DNA from: a virus
Taxonomy: Duplodnaviria > Heunggongvirae > Uroviricota > Caudoviricetes
Length of the DNA: 64,000 nt
Virus record (IMG/VR): IMGVR_UViG_2939142107_000001
Coordinates: 1 to 64,000 of that record
Direction: 5' to 3' (one strand)
Both the position numbers and the translations under genes were made by a program. Below the pieces are notes generated by a model that was given only the letters and a program-made list of their open reading frames with translations, ran no database searches and was not told where the DNA came from. Of the stretch, positions 34,494 to 49,100 are shown piece by piece (within the stretch, counting starts at the first letter, position 1; each line of letters begins with the position of its first letter).

Positions 34494-37481
34494 ATGAGCT
34501 TAAGCGATCAGGTGGTAATGGCCACCAGCATAGAAACGCTGATCGAGCTGCTAAAAAACCTGCCCAATTACGGGCGGGTTTCGTATGTGGTGACAGCGAA
34601 GGGAGACGAGGTAAAAACAGCGTTTGATATCGTCGATGCCTCAGCTCTTTTGGTATCCAATACTCTGGACGGGAAAATTAACCCTGACTATCCCCAGGAA
34701 CTTCAGCCGCGCGACCGGACCCGCGCATCCAATCTTCTTCAGGTCAACCAGATATCCAAGGATTTGCGTCCTGCCCAGCTTACCGATTCCGGTTTATCCA
34801 GCCATGGCGCGCCGATAATTGGTGAGGACAATGCCGTTGAGTCAGGTAATGGACGGACCATGGGGATCATCAAAGCCTATCAGGACGGCAATGCGGATCG
34901 GTATCGTGAGTACCTGATTGATCATGCGACCGAATTCGGCATACGACCTGAAAAGGTTGAATCAATGGCGGCTCCGGTACTGGTGCGCCGACGGTTAACT
35001 AAGGTTGACCGCGTTCAGTTTGCCAAGGACTCAAATATTTCTGATCTTCAGGAAATGGCAGCCAGTGAAAAGGCTTTTGTTGATGCTGACAGCATAACTC
35101 CGGCGATGATGGCGCTGTTTAACCCATCAGAAAGTGGAGATCTGCTTAGCCGCAGTAATGACGCGTTTATTCGCGGATTCATGACGCAAGTTGGTGCCAC
35201 ACAGGCTGCTGGCCTTGTAACGGAAGATGGGCGACCAACACGGCAACTTGTAGACCGTATACAAAACGCGATCTTTGCCAAGGCATATAAGGATGCGCGC
35301 CTGGTAAGGATGGTTGCAGAAGAACCTGATCCGGATATGCGTAATGTTCTGACGGCGCTTAATGCGGCAGCCAATGATTTTGTCCAGATGCAGGCTTTGT
35401 CAGGAGAAGCGCACAAGCAGGCTGTGACAACTATTGTTGATGGCATTGAGACAGCGGATAGCCTCGATAAAAAGGCGCTGGCGGCATTGAAAGATGCGGT
35501 AGACCTGGTAAGGCAATCGAAGGAGTCAGGCCAGCATATTACCGATGTTATTGCTCAGGGGGATATGTTCAGCGAAACGGCCCCGGAAGTGAAAGCACTC
35601 GCGTTGTTTATCGTCGCGAATAACCGTAGCGCGAAGCGTATGGCCACCGCCTTTAAGTTGATGGCGCAACGTATCAATGATGAGTTACAGCACCAGGGCC
35701 AGGCGCTCGGGGATATGTTTGGCGGCGGCGATGTGTCGTTACAGGATATCCTTCGCCAGGTGTCTCAGGAACTGGAAAACGAAGGCATGCAAGGGATATC
35801 CGGCGGTCTTTTCGAGTCCGTTTCCGGCGGTAGCTACAACGGTGTTGCTCCGTATACCAGTTTGCTATTACATCGGGCATCCGGCATCAAAGACATTATT
35901 CATCTGATCAGGCTGCTTTCCCGCACAGATCCCCAGGATGAACAGCTTGTACAAGTGCTTGCGCATTTTGTTCGAATGCCTGTTGCCGACGTGAAAAAAT
36001 GGTGCCGATTATTCGGTATCAGCAATTCGTTACTTCGCGGCTTGTTAAATCACGCATCCTCCCTTGGGCGCGATGGCTTTGATGAGATAGCGCAGGCGAT
36101 AAAAAACGGAGATATGCCACCAGCTATTGACTGGTTTTCCATTCGCCCAACCAGGGTGAAAGCATTCCTTAGCGCGGCGCATACGGCATCACCATTGGCA
36201 GAAATGGTTCAGAGGCTGTCGCTCATATTCACAGATCATACCGCGTTGGGTGATCTGACTCTTGACGAGATGAAAGAAGCATCCATTCAGTGGGCCGATC
36301 AACAAAATGAGGTTAACTCTGACTTCTTGCCAGCATTCAGGAAGGCCGTTAGTAAAGCGGATGATGCCCGTGGAATTCTGAAGGCATTTAAGGCATTGCA
36401 AAGTCGGGTTAATAAACATGTCGGTGATATCGATGGGGTAACGGCGGAAGGCAGGGATATCCTTAAAGAGCACGGCATAACGCCAGAGTTTATTGATGAG
36501 ATCAGGACTGATATGCAGCGTGAGGTCGTATCGTCCCTGCAAATCGTAGCCAGAGCGTTGGCGGATGCTAATCCGAAGAGTGCGGCCATTGTTAACCAGG
36601 TTATTGGTGATATTGAAGCATCGGAGGGCATGGGGGCGCTGAAACTCTTCCTTTCGCGAGCGTTTAATCCTAACGGCAATATTCTCCCTGGCATTATTGG
36701 TGAGGCTAAAAAGTATGTCAGCGAAGAAGAACTTGAGCATCTTGACCAACTACTTAAGCGATTCTCATATAACCCGCAGACACGCTGGCAAATGAATCAG
36801 CGAAGTATGGGTTCGGTCCACGAGAAAGTGTTATCTGCCATGAACAGTGCGATCGCCAACTCATCCGTATCTGAAGAAAAAGCTCTTGAGTGGGCCGACT
36901 CTTTTATCACGGAAGAAGTGGAAGAAGCCCGCGCTGGACAGAATGGTGGGATAAACCTGCGCAAGGAACTTGCTGATATTTATCGCCTGACTGGCGGGAA
37001 AATATCGACCTTATCAAAGGTGGTTCACCACCAGGGAAGGGCATATGCAAATCTAAATGGTGTTGTTGCTGTCAATTTGAACGATGAAAATGCAAGAGCA
37101 CTGTGGCACGAGCTGGGTCATCATCTTGAGTACAGTAACCCCGGTTTGTTAGAGAAAGCCCGGTCATTCCTGAAGGCCAATGTTGAAGGGGGTAAGCTAT
37201 CTTTCGTCAATATCGGTGGGCGTGGCAAGCCTGAATGGTGCTTCAGATCTCGATTGAGTAATATTTATATGGCGAAGGTATACCCGCCAGTCTCAGTGAG
37301 TAACTCCGGGAAAATTCGGCAGAAATCACCGACTATTTCCAAAACGTCAGCAACGGAAGTATTCTCTATGGCTCTTCAGTTGTATCATGACAAAGAGGCC
37401 GCTGCCGCATCACTGATGAATGGTGACGGATTGCTGGAACTGTTATTAGGTGTGGCAAAGGAGCTAAATAATGCAGATTAA
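34494..37481 (+). CDS. ddrB: DdrB-like large capsid-internal protein (995 aa).
   Basis: Size and synteny. Confidence 0.55.
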   Translation: MSLSDQVVMATSIETLIELLKNLPNYGRVSYVVTAKGDEVKTAFDIVDASALLVSNTLDGKINPDYPQELQPRDRTRASNLLQVNQISKDLRPAQLTDSGLSSHGAPIIGEDNAVESGNGRTMGIIKAYQDGNADRYREYLIDHATEFGIRPEKVESMAAPVLVRRRLTKVDRVQFAKDSNISDLQEMAASEKAFVDADSITPAMMALFNPSESGDLLSRSNDAFIRGFMTQVGATQAAGLVTEDGRPTRQLVDRIQNAIFAKAYKDARLVRMVAEEPDPDMRNVLTALNAAANDFVQMQALSGEAHKQAVTTIVDGIETADSLDKKALAALKDAVDLVRQSKESGQHITDVIAQGDMFSETAPEVKALALFIVANNRSAKRMATAFKLMAQRINDELQHQGQALGDMFGGGDVSLQDILRQVSQELENEGMQGISGGLFESVSGGSYNGVAPYTSLLLHRASGIKDIIHLIRLLSRTDPQDEQLVQVLAHFVRMPVADVKKWCRLFGISNSLLRGLLNHASSLGRDGFDEIAQAIKNGDMPPAIDWFSIRPTRVKAFLSAAHTASPLAEMVQRLSLIFTDHTALGDLTLDEMKEASIQWADQQNEVNSDFLPAFRKAVSKADDARGILKAFKALQSRVNKHVGDIDGVTAEGRDILKEHGITPEFIDEIRTDMQREVVSSLQIVARALADANPKSAAIVNQVIGDIEASEGMGALKLFLSRAFNPNGNILPGIIGEAKKYVSEEELEHLDQLLKRFSYNPQTRWQMNQRSMGSVHEKVLSAMNSAIANSSVSEEKALEWADSFITEEVEEARAGQNGGINLRKELADIYRLTGGKISTLSKVVHHQGRAYANLNGVVAVNLNDENARALWHELGHHLEYSNPGLLEKARSFLKANVEGGKLSFVNIGGRGKPEWCFRSRLSNIYMAKVYPPVSVSNSGKIRQKSPTISKTSATEVFSMALQLYHDKEAAAASLMNGDGLLELLLGVAKELNNAD

Positions 37482-37788
37482 AATCGCGGCGCCATTAGGC
37501 GGAGATGCCATTATCGAATTTGATGATAATGAAGAAGTTTCCGGGCGTTTAAGCATTATCTCCGGTGACATTACCGAGGACATGATCGCTGAAGCCATAG
37601 CTGGGGCAAATCCCAATAGCTATATGGGATTCGTTAACACCCTTGATGCTCCCGCAAGTGATGTTCTCCGAACGCTGCATCTTTACGCTGGCTGGTTTGT
37701 TGATTGGCCAGCAGTAGAGGGTGGCGATGAGGACGACGACGATGACGACGATGATTTTGGGGATCATGTAGACCAGATCGTATATTGA
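37471..37788 (+). CDS. Small acidic protein (105 aa) whose tail contains a run of eight consecutive aspartates.
   Basis: Tail sequence GGDEDDDDDDDDFGDH. It is the last gene of the operon, before a bidirectional terminator. Confidence 0.5.
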   Translation: MQIKIAAPLGGDAIIEFDDNEEVSGRLSIISGDITEDMIAEAIAGANPNSYMGFVNTLDAPASDVLRTLHLYAGWFVDWPAVEGGDEDDDDDDDDFGDHVDQIVY

Positions 37789-37789
37789 A

Positions 37790-37821
37790 GAAATCCCGCC
37801 AATCGGCGGGATTTTTTTTAA
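37790..37821. terminator. Bidirectional rho-independent terminator aaatcccgccaatcggcgggattttttttaa between convergent genes.
   Basis: 10-bp stem and a T8 run. Confidence 0.7.
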
Positions 37822-38612
37822 TCGCTTTCCACTTCTTCCGTAGTGTTTTCTTGCAGTTCTGTTAATGCAGCACGACACAGGTTCCGGGCATTGGCTATAG
37901 CCACACTTTTGACTTCATCCGTCATCGTGCAGGTAATGTACTGATCGAGTTCTTCAGCGCGGATGATGCTTTTGCCAATCAGAAACTGTATTTGCCAGAG
38001 CAGATCAGCATCCATAATCAGAATTTCTGCCGGGCCTTCAGGACCAGCCGGGAAGGAAACATAAGACTGTTTGCCCAGGCCGATAACTCGACAACTTGCT
38101 TCAAGAATTGCGCGATTGAGGTCTGACTTTGTAACTGAAACAGGTTGATTTTCACCTGTGATTACGCCGTTGACATGGATGTGGAATGGCATGTAGCTTG
38201 AAATTCGCTCTACTTTCCATACGCCAGCAAGCGATCCTTCATGCAGCACAATGGGGGTAACCGCGAGTTTCATCTCACCATATAACTGCTGGCAGATAGC
38301 TGGATTGCTGAATACATCCAAAGGTTCACACTCAAACAGCGGCGCAATCTGTATGAGGTCCATCATGGTCATACCAGGGGTACGAGCAGTAATGAATCTG
38401 CGCATGCCAGTATCCATTGTGCGCCAGATAGCTACACCATGCTTTTTGCTCACTTCTTCAGTAAAGCCAAGGTGGCACATGATGGTTTTTTCGATAGCCA
38501 GATCAGAGATAGAAACCTTTTCGCCAGGTACACCATCATTATTGATGGTCACTTCTACACTCTGGCCATTACGCAGGCGGTATTGAATGGTTTTAGTATT
38601 TTGTGCTGTCAT
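37818..38612 (-). CDS. Hypothetical 264-aa protein upstream of ssb.
   Basis: ORF with backbone-like GC content. No motif recognised. Confidence 0.5.
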   Translation of the reverse strand: MTAQNTKTIQYRLRNGQSVEVTINNDGVPGEKVSISDLAIEKTIMCHLGFTEEVSKKHGVAIWRTMDTGMRRFITARTPGMTMMDLIQIAPLFECEPLDVFSNPAICQQLYGEMKLAVTPIVLHEGSLAGVWKVERISSYMPFHIHVNGVITGENQPVSVTKSDLNRAILEASCRVIGLGKQSYVSFPAGPEGPAEILIMDADLLWQIQFLIGKSIIRAEELDQYITCTMTDEVKSVAIANARNLCRAALTELQENTTEEVESD

Positions 38613-38814
38613 AGTCTTTTCTCTGCTTAAAAACTGATGTATTGCGCCTTCAGGTTGGTTAGGAATGTTTTCCCACCAGCGAAAGCAATATCTCGGGGTG
38701 TTCTATTCGTTAAAAGCGCGTGCCATTGCCAACTTTGGCGTTTGTTTGCGAGTTCGTGCTTTTGTCGGCGTCTTGACCACCGCTTTTCTTTCAGTCGTTT
38801 TTTACTCATAAACT

Positions 38815-39303
38815 CTAAAACGGAATATCGTCGTCAAAGTCCATTGGAGGTTCGTTATTGGCGTTGCTCTGAGGTTTACCGCCACCACTGTATTGCTGGT
38901 GGTTTTGAGGTTGGTTCGATTGCCCCCAGCCATTTGAGGACTGTGAATCGTCACGGCGAGCGCCGATCATTTGCATGGTGCCGCCCTGGCTGACGATAAT
39001 TTCCGTCGTGTAACGTTCTACACCGGCGTCATCTGTCCACTTACGGGTTTTAAGTTTCCCTTCGATGTAGACCTGAGAACCTTTTCGTAAATACTCACTC
39101 GCAATTTCAGCAAGTTTCCCGAACAAAACGACTCTATGCCATTCTGTTTGCTCTTTCTGTTGGCCCGTTTGCTTGTCGCGCCATGATTCATTTGTTGCGA
39201 TGCTTAGTCTTCCGACCGCTCCGCCATTTGGTATATACCTGATCTCCGGGTCTTGCCCCAGGGTACCAATCAGGATGACTTTGTTTACACCGCGTTGTGC
39301 CAC
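38815..39303 (-). CDS. ssb: Single-stranded DNA-binding protein (162 aa).
   Basis: It has an OB-fold N-terminus, a Gly/Gln-rich linker and the acidic C-terminal tail DFDDDIPF typical of SSB. Confidence 0.92.
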   Translation of the reverse strand: MAQRGVNKVILIGTLGQDPEIRYIPNGGAVGRLSIATNESWRDKQTGQQKEQTEWHRVVLFGKLAEIASEYLRKGSQVYIEGKLKTRKWTDDAGVERYTTEIIVSQGGTMQMIGARRDDSQSSNGWGQSNQPQNHQQYSGGGKPQSNANNEPPMDFDDDIPF

Positions 39304-39323
39304 TTATCTTACCTAATAAAATA

Positions 39324-39343
39324 AAATGATTAGAGCAATAATG
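39324..39343. promoter_or_regulatory. C1 operator-like site aaatgattagagcaataatg immediately upstream of ssb, in the lyz-ssb divergent region.
   Basis: Core ATTAGAGCAAT. Confidence 0.45.
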
Positions 39344-39471
39344 TATATCTTTGAAACGTAGCTAACAAGTGATTTGCATTATCCTGTGCCTTCTAAAGGG
39401 ATCGAGTCAGTCGGTATTGGCTGTGAATGGGTGTTTGTCCTGGAGCGTAAAAATTCGCTTATGAGGTCTTT

Positions 39472-40029
39472 ATGAAGGGAAAAACAGCCGCAGGAGGCGG
39501 TGCAATTTGCGCTATCGCGGTGATGATTACCATCGTAATGGGTAATGGCAATGTGCGAACCAACCAGGCGGGGCTTGAGCTGATTGGTAACGCTGAAGGT
39601 TGCCGACGTGATCCATACATGTGCCCGGCGGGGGTATGGACTGACGGGATCGGTAATACACACGGGGTAACGCCGGGTGTGCGAAAAACCGACCAGCAAA
39701 TCGCCGCTGATTGGGAAAAGAATATCCTGATCGCTGAACGCTGTATTAATCAGCACTTCCGGGGCAAAGACATGCCCGATAATGCCTTTAGTGCAATGAC
39801 AAGCGCGGCATTCAATATGGGATGCAATAGCTTACGGACCTACTACAGCAAAGCGCGAGGCATGCGAGTCGAAACGTCCATCCACAAGTGGGCGCAGAAA
39901 GGGGAATGGGTGAATATGTGTAACCATCTCCCTGATTTTGTGAACAGTAACGGCGTGCCCCTGCGAGGTTTAAAGATTCGCCGTGAAAAAGAACGCCAGC
40001 TTTGCCTGACGGGACTGGTCAATGAATAA
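39472..40029 (+). CDS. lyz: SAR endolysin Lyz (185 aa), a T4-lysozyme-like glycosidase with an N-terminal signal-arrest-release TM.
   Basis: N-terminus GGGAICAIAVMITIVMG, then EGCRRDPY...GIGNTHG (catalytic E-D-T). The length matches P1 Lyz. Confidence 0.9.
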   Translation: MKGKTAAGGGAICAIAVMITIVMGNGNVRTNQAGLELIGNAEGCRRDPYMCPAGVWTDGIGNTHGVTPGVRKTDQQIAADWEKNILIAERCINQHFRGKDMPDNAFSAMTSAAFNMGCNSLRTYYSKARGMRVETSIHKWAQKGEWVNMCNHLPDFVNSNGVPLRGLKIRREKERQLCLTGLVNE

Positions 40030-40276
40030 ACTCCGGCAGCTCCGCAGACTTTCGACAATGAAGTTATCGCTGGCAGCGATAGTTTTCGACTCGATTTTCA
40101 TGGCGGTATATGTGCTTAATGAAACGTGGCCACTGGAACCGCTATTGTATGCCGGGCTTCGGCTGTGCCTGACATTTTTGAGCATGGCCGCGAGATTGAT
40201 GCAGCAGAAAGAAACCGCTTCAGATTGTCCACGCCGCGCGGTGCGCAAATATATGGCACGCAGGCGAAGTCGATAA
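40022..40276 (+). CDS. Small two-TM membrane protein overlapping the lyz stop. It may be a holin or lysis accessory protein.
   Basis: Hydrophobic segments LSLAAIVFDSIFMAVYVL and LLYAGLRLCLTFLSMAARL. Confidence 0.4.
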   Translation: MNKLRQLRRLSTMKLSLAAIVFDSIFMAVYVLNETWPLEPLLYAGLRLCLTFLSMAARLMQQKETASDCPRRAVRKYMARRRSR

Positions 40277-40320
40277 TAGTTAACGAGAACCCCGGCACTC
40301 GCCGGGGTTATTTTTGGTGG

Positions 40321-43051
<2,731 letters not shown>

Positions 43052-43118
43052 TTAATTAGAATAATTCGTATCGTGTTTGAACGGAAATTTAACACTAGTC
43101 ACTTGTTAAGGATTACCA

Positions 43119-46100
43119 ATGAACAAGCTATCTATGGGAGTGTTTCGCTGTTCAAGTGTCAGCGAAATATTGAAATACATTAGGGCAATAACATCTCACC
43201 GAGCGCCGATTAAATACGGCGTGGAAAAGGTGGAAGGCAAAAGCTATGACCGACTGCGCCGTGAGGCGAATCAGAAGGCGATAGATTTGCTTAATTCGCT
43301 GGTGGACGGCGCGACACTGACAGATGAACAGCGCCAGATCCTGGCTGGGTACACCGGTGAAGGCGGCATTGGCGGGTCCGTCTCCGAATATTACACACCA
43401 AAGCCGATCGCTGAAGGTGTCTGGGAGATCATGAAGCTCTACGGCGCGGACGTAGGTAACACTCTGGAACCATCGGCGGGAACCGGCGTTTTTAATGAGA
43501 CAAAACCGGTTGGTACGGTGATGACCGCGACTGAGATCAGCAGTGTTTCCGGTCGTATAAACCAGCTGTTACATCCGGAAGACAGCGTACAAATTTCCCC
43601 GTTCGAACAACTGGCTGTAAGCACGCCTAACGATTCATTCGACCATGTTGTGGGTAACGTTCCGTTCGGCGGTCGTGATAACACACGCAACATCGATAAG
43701 CCTTACGCAGAAGAAACGGACATGGGGTCTTACTTCATGCTCCGCATGTTGGACAAGATAAAGCCTGGCGGATTCATGTGCGTGATTGTGCCGCCGTCCA
43801 TTGTTTCAGGTTCAAACATGAAGCGGTTACGCCTGCGCCTATCCCGTAAAGCTGAATTTCTTGGTGCCCACCGCTTGCCTACCGGTACTTTTGACGCAAA
43901 CGGGACCAGTACGGTCGTTGACGTGGTGCTGATGCGCAAACATCCGGCGGAGATGGCTGAGAAAATCCCCCTGGTGGATGAGAGCACTCTTGAATCGGCA
44001 AATGTGCTTTGGCCAACGTTTATTTCTGGCAAGTGGTTTGAAAAGGATGGCCGCCGGTTTGTTCATGGCACCCAGGAAAAGGGCTTCCAGGGGCGTATTG
44101 AGGTTCGTGCCGACGGTCAGATTGATAACCAGGCTCTTAAAGCGAAGCTGATTCATCGTTTCGAAAGCCGTATCGACTGGTCTTTGCTCGATATGGCTGA
44201 ACCGTCACCGACCGCAGATGTTGTTGATGAAGGGGAAATGCGCCTGATTAATGGCGTATGGCAAAAATATGCTGGTGGTCGCTGGATTGAAGCTGATGCC
44301 GGGAAGGAGCTGAAGATTGAGGTTGCCAGTTATGGCGCGGATAGCTGGGAGGCTCTTCAGCGTAACCTGACTACAACAGAAGGCCGTCTCGGTATGACAT
44401 TTACCCAGATGGCAAATGTCCGCGATAAGTACACCACATCAATCAGCGACGATATGGTGCAGCTGGTGGACTGGATTAACAGCCAGCCTGAAAAATACCG
44501 TGAACGCTTGTATCGTGGAGCGATGATTGGCCGGATGTTAATTGAATATCAGGATATGAAGGCCGCCGGGCATAGTGCTGAACAAATCGAACAGCAGCGC
44601 CTTTCTCTGGTATCCCGTTTGCAGGCAGAGATTGACCGTTTTGGTAACCCCGGTCGCGGTCCGATAGCGAAATTATCGGGGAGCGGTGCGCGCGCCTGGT
44701 TTGCTTTCCGTGGTGCAATTAAGCTGGATGGCACTATTTCTGACGAGCTGACAGGAAAACTGGTTACGCATGATTCCAGCGCCAGTTATGACTCTACCAG
44801 CTATCAGGACACCCTGCGTTATCTCTACAGTGATCTCACTCGCGATCCAATCCAGCTCGATGATTTCCGCCTTGCGTTTACCGGCGAACTGCCAGCCAGT
44901 GATGACGAGTTGCTTAATTTATTGGCCAGCACCCCTGGCATTGCGGTTTCACCGTATGGCGGGATTGTTCCGTTCGCCCGCGCCACCAGCGGCGACATTA
45001 ACGAGATAGTGGCTCCAAAACAGGAATTCCTCGCCACGCTCCCCGACGGTCCAGTAAAGAACAACGTCCTTAATCAGCTGGCAGCGATCGAAGAGAAGCG
45101 CATCAAGACGCCAGCAGAGAATATCCGGTTTAAGCTCAATAGCCGTTGGTTCGACCGTTCCGTCATTCTGGAATTTTTGCAGGAAAACGGCTATCCGGAT
45201 CTGCGCTATGTGCAGTCAGTGCAGCTGGAAGGCGACGAAATGGTTTCTGACACCTATCACGGTGGTGATGGTCTGTTCGTCGGGCACCGATACGGTGTCG
45301 TCCAGCGTAAGGATAAAGAAACAGGCGAGATCCGCTACGAGTGGGACCGTAAATCAGGTGAAAACGCGACCGGGTTCCCGGCACAGCTGGAAAAGTATCT
45401 CAATGGTGCGCGTATCGGTGGCAAAGATAGCGCGACGGCGAACGGCTACCGCGAGCAGATGGCACTGCTTGAGGACCAGTTCAATAAGTGGATCAAGACG
45501 CACGATCGCTACGATGAGCTGGTTGCCAAATACAACGATGTGTTCAATAGCAATATCCCGTATGAACACTCTGGCGATCCGCTTGGGTTGAAGGGATTAA
45601 GCGGTAAGCGCCAGCCATTTGATTACCAGAATAGCGAGGTGCGCCGACTGTCCGAAGATGGGCGCGGCATCCTGGGCTTCGGCACCGGGCTGGGTAAAAC
45701 CACGACCGCGCTGGCGCTTGAGGCGTTCAACTATGAGAACGGTCGCTCCACCCGTACTGCGTATGTAGTGCCTAAATCAGTGCTGGAAAACTGGTATTAC
45801 GAAGCAAAAGAATTCCTGAGTGAAGAGGCATTCAGTAACTACCTGTTCGTCGGTCTTGATGTGCTGATGGATGGCGATCAGATTCGCCAGGTGCCGGTGC
45901 TCGATGAGAACGGTAAACCTGTTCTTGGTACTGATGGCACTCCAGTTATGCGCGATGCCCTAAAACTGGCAGATGAAGCCACTATCACGGCGCGGATGAA
46001 CGCGATCCCGCACTCAAATTACCGTGCAGTCGTGTTTACCAAAGAACAATACGCCCGCATTCCGCTACGTGATGACACCGTAGATGAGCATGCACAGGAT

Positions 46101-49100
46101 ATGCTTTATGACTTCGTTGCCGCCGGACGCGTAGCCAGCGCAATGGACTCCGACTCCCACCGCAAAGAGGCCGCGCGTCGCCGGGTATTGTCGGAGTATT
46201 CAGATACCGGCACCGAAAAAGCAGAGAAGTATCCGTACTTTGAGGATATGGGCTTCGATAGTGTGATCGCTGACGAAGGTCACAACTACCGCAATAGCTA
46301 TAAAAATGGTCGCGAAGCGTCACAACTGGCCTATCTGCCCACCAGCGCGGTGGCGCAATCGGCGCGAGATATGGCAATTAAAAACGCGTACCTGATGAAA
46401 AAGAATGGCGGGCGCGGGCCGGTTCTCCTGACTGCAACGCCAGTCGTTAACACCCCGATCGATGCATACAACATGCTTTCTCATGTTCTGCCGAAGGAAT
46501 ACTGGCAGAACATGGGGATCTACGGTCCTGATGACTTCGTTAAATTCTTCGGCAAGACCAGGCTGGAAACGGTACAGAAAATTAGCGGTGAAGTTGAAGA
46601 AAAAATGGCGCTGATGGGCTTTGAAAACCTTGATGCGCTGCGCGGTATATTCCATCGCTGGGTAACGCTTAAAACGGCGGAAGACGTTAAGGATACCGTG
46701 GAGATCCCGGAGCTGGACGAACACCAGCAGGATGCACCACTTACTGAAGAACAACTGGCGGCGTATGAAGAATTGCGTCAGCAGGCGGAAGCGGCGGCCA
46801 AAGCCAACAATGGCGTAACGACCTCGGTCAATGAAGACGGCGTGATTGAGCACGAGAAAGCCCGTCCGATCTTCTCAATAATCAGGGATATGGACCGCGT
46901 ATGTACTGACATGGACCTGTACTATCGCCGGATCACCTATCGTTTCCTGCCGGAGTACGCCGATGCGGTGCAGCAGCTGGCGGACAGTTTGCCTAAACAA
47001 GCCACCAGCGAAGACGACGACAGTGATGATTCAATCACGCAGCAATCGCAATACTCCCTGATAGATAAGGGCGAGTTTATTCAGTTGCAGGTTCCGGAAG
47101 CGTTCGAGCAGGAAGTGAATAAGCGCCTGGCCAGGTTTGGCATTGACGAACAGACCGTAACTCACCCCGTTACGCCCAAATACGCGAAGCTGATCGCCAC
47201 GCTGAAGGAGTTTTTCCCGGAAGGTAAGCAAATCATCTTCACCGATGAAAAAACGCAGCACCAGAAGCTCAAGCGCATTATCTGCAATGCTCTAAACCTT
47301 GAACCTTCAAAGGTGGGGATCCTGAATGCTCAGACGGTTGCCGAGGCAGGTAAAACCGGTAAGAAACTGAAAGCGGTTAAACCGCCGAAAGAGCTACCGG
47401 ATGAACCAACAGATGCACAGATAGCGAAATACAACGAGCAAATGGCTCTGTATGACGCCTATATCGCGCAGCAAAATGAAATGTCGTTGGGCGGTCTGGA
47501 AAAGATTGCAGCCGACTTCCAGGAGGGCCGGACTCCGATCATCATCTGCAACAAAAAGGCAGAGGTGGGTATCAACCTGCATCGAGGAACGACGGATATC
47601 CACCACCTGACGTTGCCGTGGACACCAGCCAGTATCGCACAGCGTAACGGTCGCGGTGCCCGAGTTGGTTCCAACCGTGCAAGCGTTCGCGTTCACTACT
47701 ACTGCGGCAAGGGGTCTTTCGATGAATACCGACTGAAGACGCTGAAGCGTAAAGCAGGCTGGATCTCCGATATCCTCCGTTCAGATAAGTCAGAAATGGA
47801 GAACGCCGACGCCAATGACATGATCGAAATGCAGATGTATACCGCGAAGGATGACGGCGAACGTCTGGCAATGATGCAGGTTCAAATGGATAAGGCGAAA
47901 GCTGCGAAACGCGCTCGCCAGAAAGAACAGGCTACTATCGACCTTCAGAACTACATCAAGGCGCAGCACGCAGCTGGCGAGGATGTGGAGGTACTTACCG
48001 CTGAATTAGAGCGAAGCAAAGCGGAACTTGAAAAGACCACCGCCGAGGTAGCTAAATTCAAACAGGCGGCAATGGCCAAGGCAGCGGATAACGCAGACTG
48101 GAAGGCCCGCTGGGGGAGTGTCCATCACACAGACCGTATGTTGTTAGCACAGTATCGCGCGTCGTTGAAAAGCGCCATTCAGCGCAAGGCTAATATCTCT
48201 CAGGCCATCTCCCGCTATGAGAAATTATTGAACCGTACTCAGAAGGCCGCGACGGATATCAAACGCCTGCGCCCGCTGGTGGAGGATGCAATAAATAAAG
48301 GCATTCTGGATGTTGATCCTGATCTGGTTAACCATGCGAATGAGTTCCTTGTTATCGGCGATCGCTCATGGCGTGTAGGCCAATACTACGATTGTGCCGG
48401 TGATATCGTTCGCATTAAGTCGCTGGACTTCGACAGCCAGCGCGCAGACGTGGAGATCATCTTTACCTTAAGAGGCACCAAATCGGGTAACTGGGATGTG
48501 AAGACGCTGGATAAACAGGTGGATGTAACTCCCGATGAAGATGCTGTTATGCAGAAAATCAGTGGTGGCGTCTCCATCGCCGGGATTAACGACATCATTT
48601 CCTGTGACGATTTCTACCGTTTCCAGCAGCGCGGCATGATCAAAATCACTGACTCATACGGCGTTCAGACTACAGAGTCAGGCTATAGCATTGATTTTGT
48701 TGGTACCTATACGGACCCACTGAAGCATGCGGTTTACCCGGATCGCCGTGACGGCGCGCTGAAGTCGTCAATTGCAAAATGGGTGCTTGGTATGATGTCG
48801 GAAGGGAATAACCGCCAGATCCGTTCGGCAGAAACATTCCTGGTTGAATTGTTTGGCTCCAATTATGGCGATGTAATCGCGTCATACGGAGATACGCTAT
48901 CCCCTGAAGCAATTCAGGAGAAAATAGCGGATGCGATCGCAAAAATGCCGGAGAAAACAAGCCAGGGGGCTACTCGTAACGGGGATTCTGAACTTGAGGT
49001 CACCAATGCCATTTTCGGTACCCATGAGTTCCGGGCGTCAGATTATGAGATCACCACAGCACAGTTTGGCACCATTGGCATTTACAGCAATAAAGCCGAG

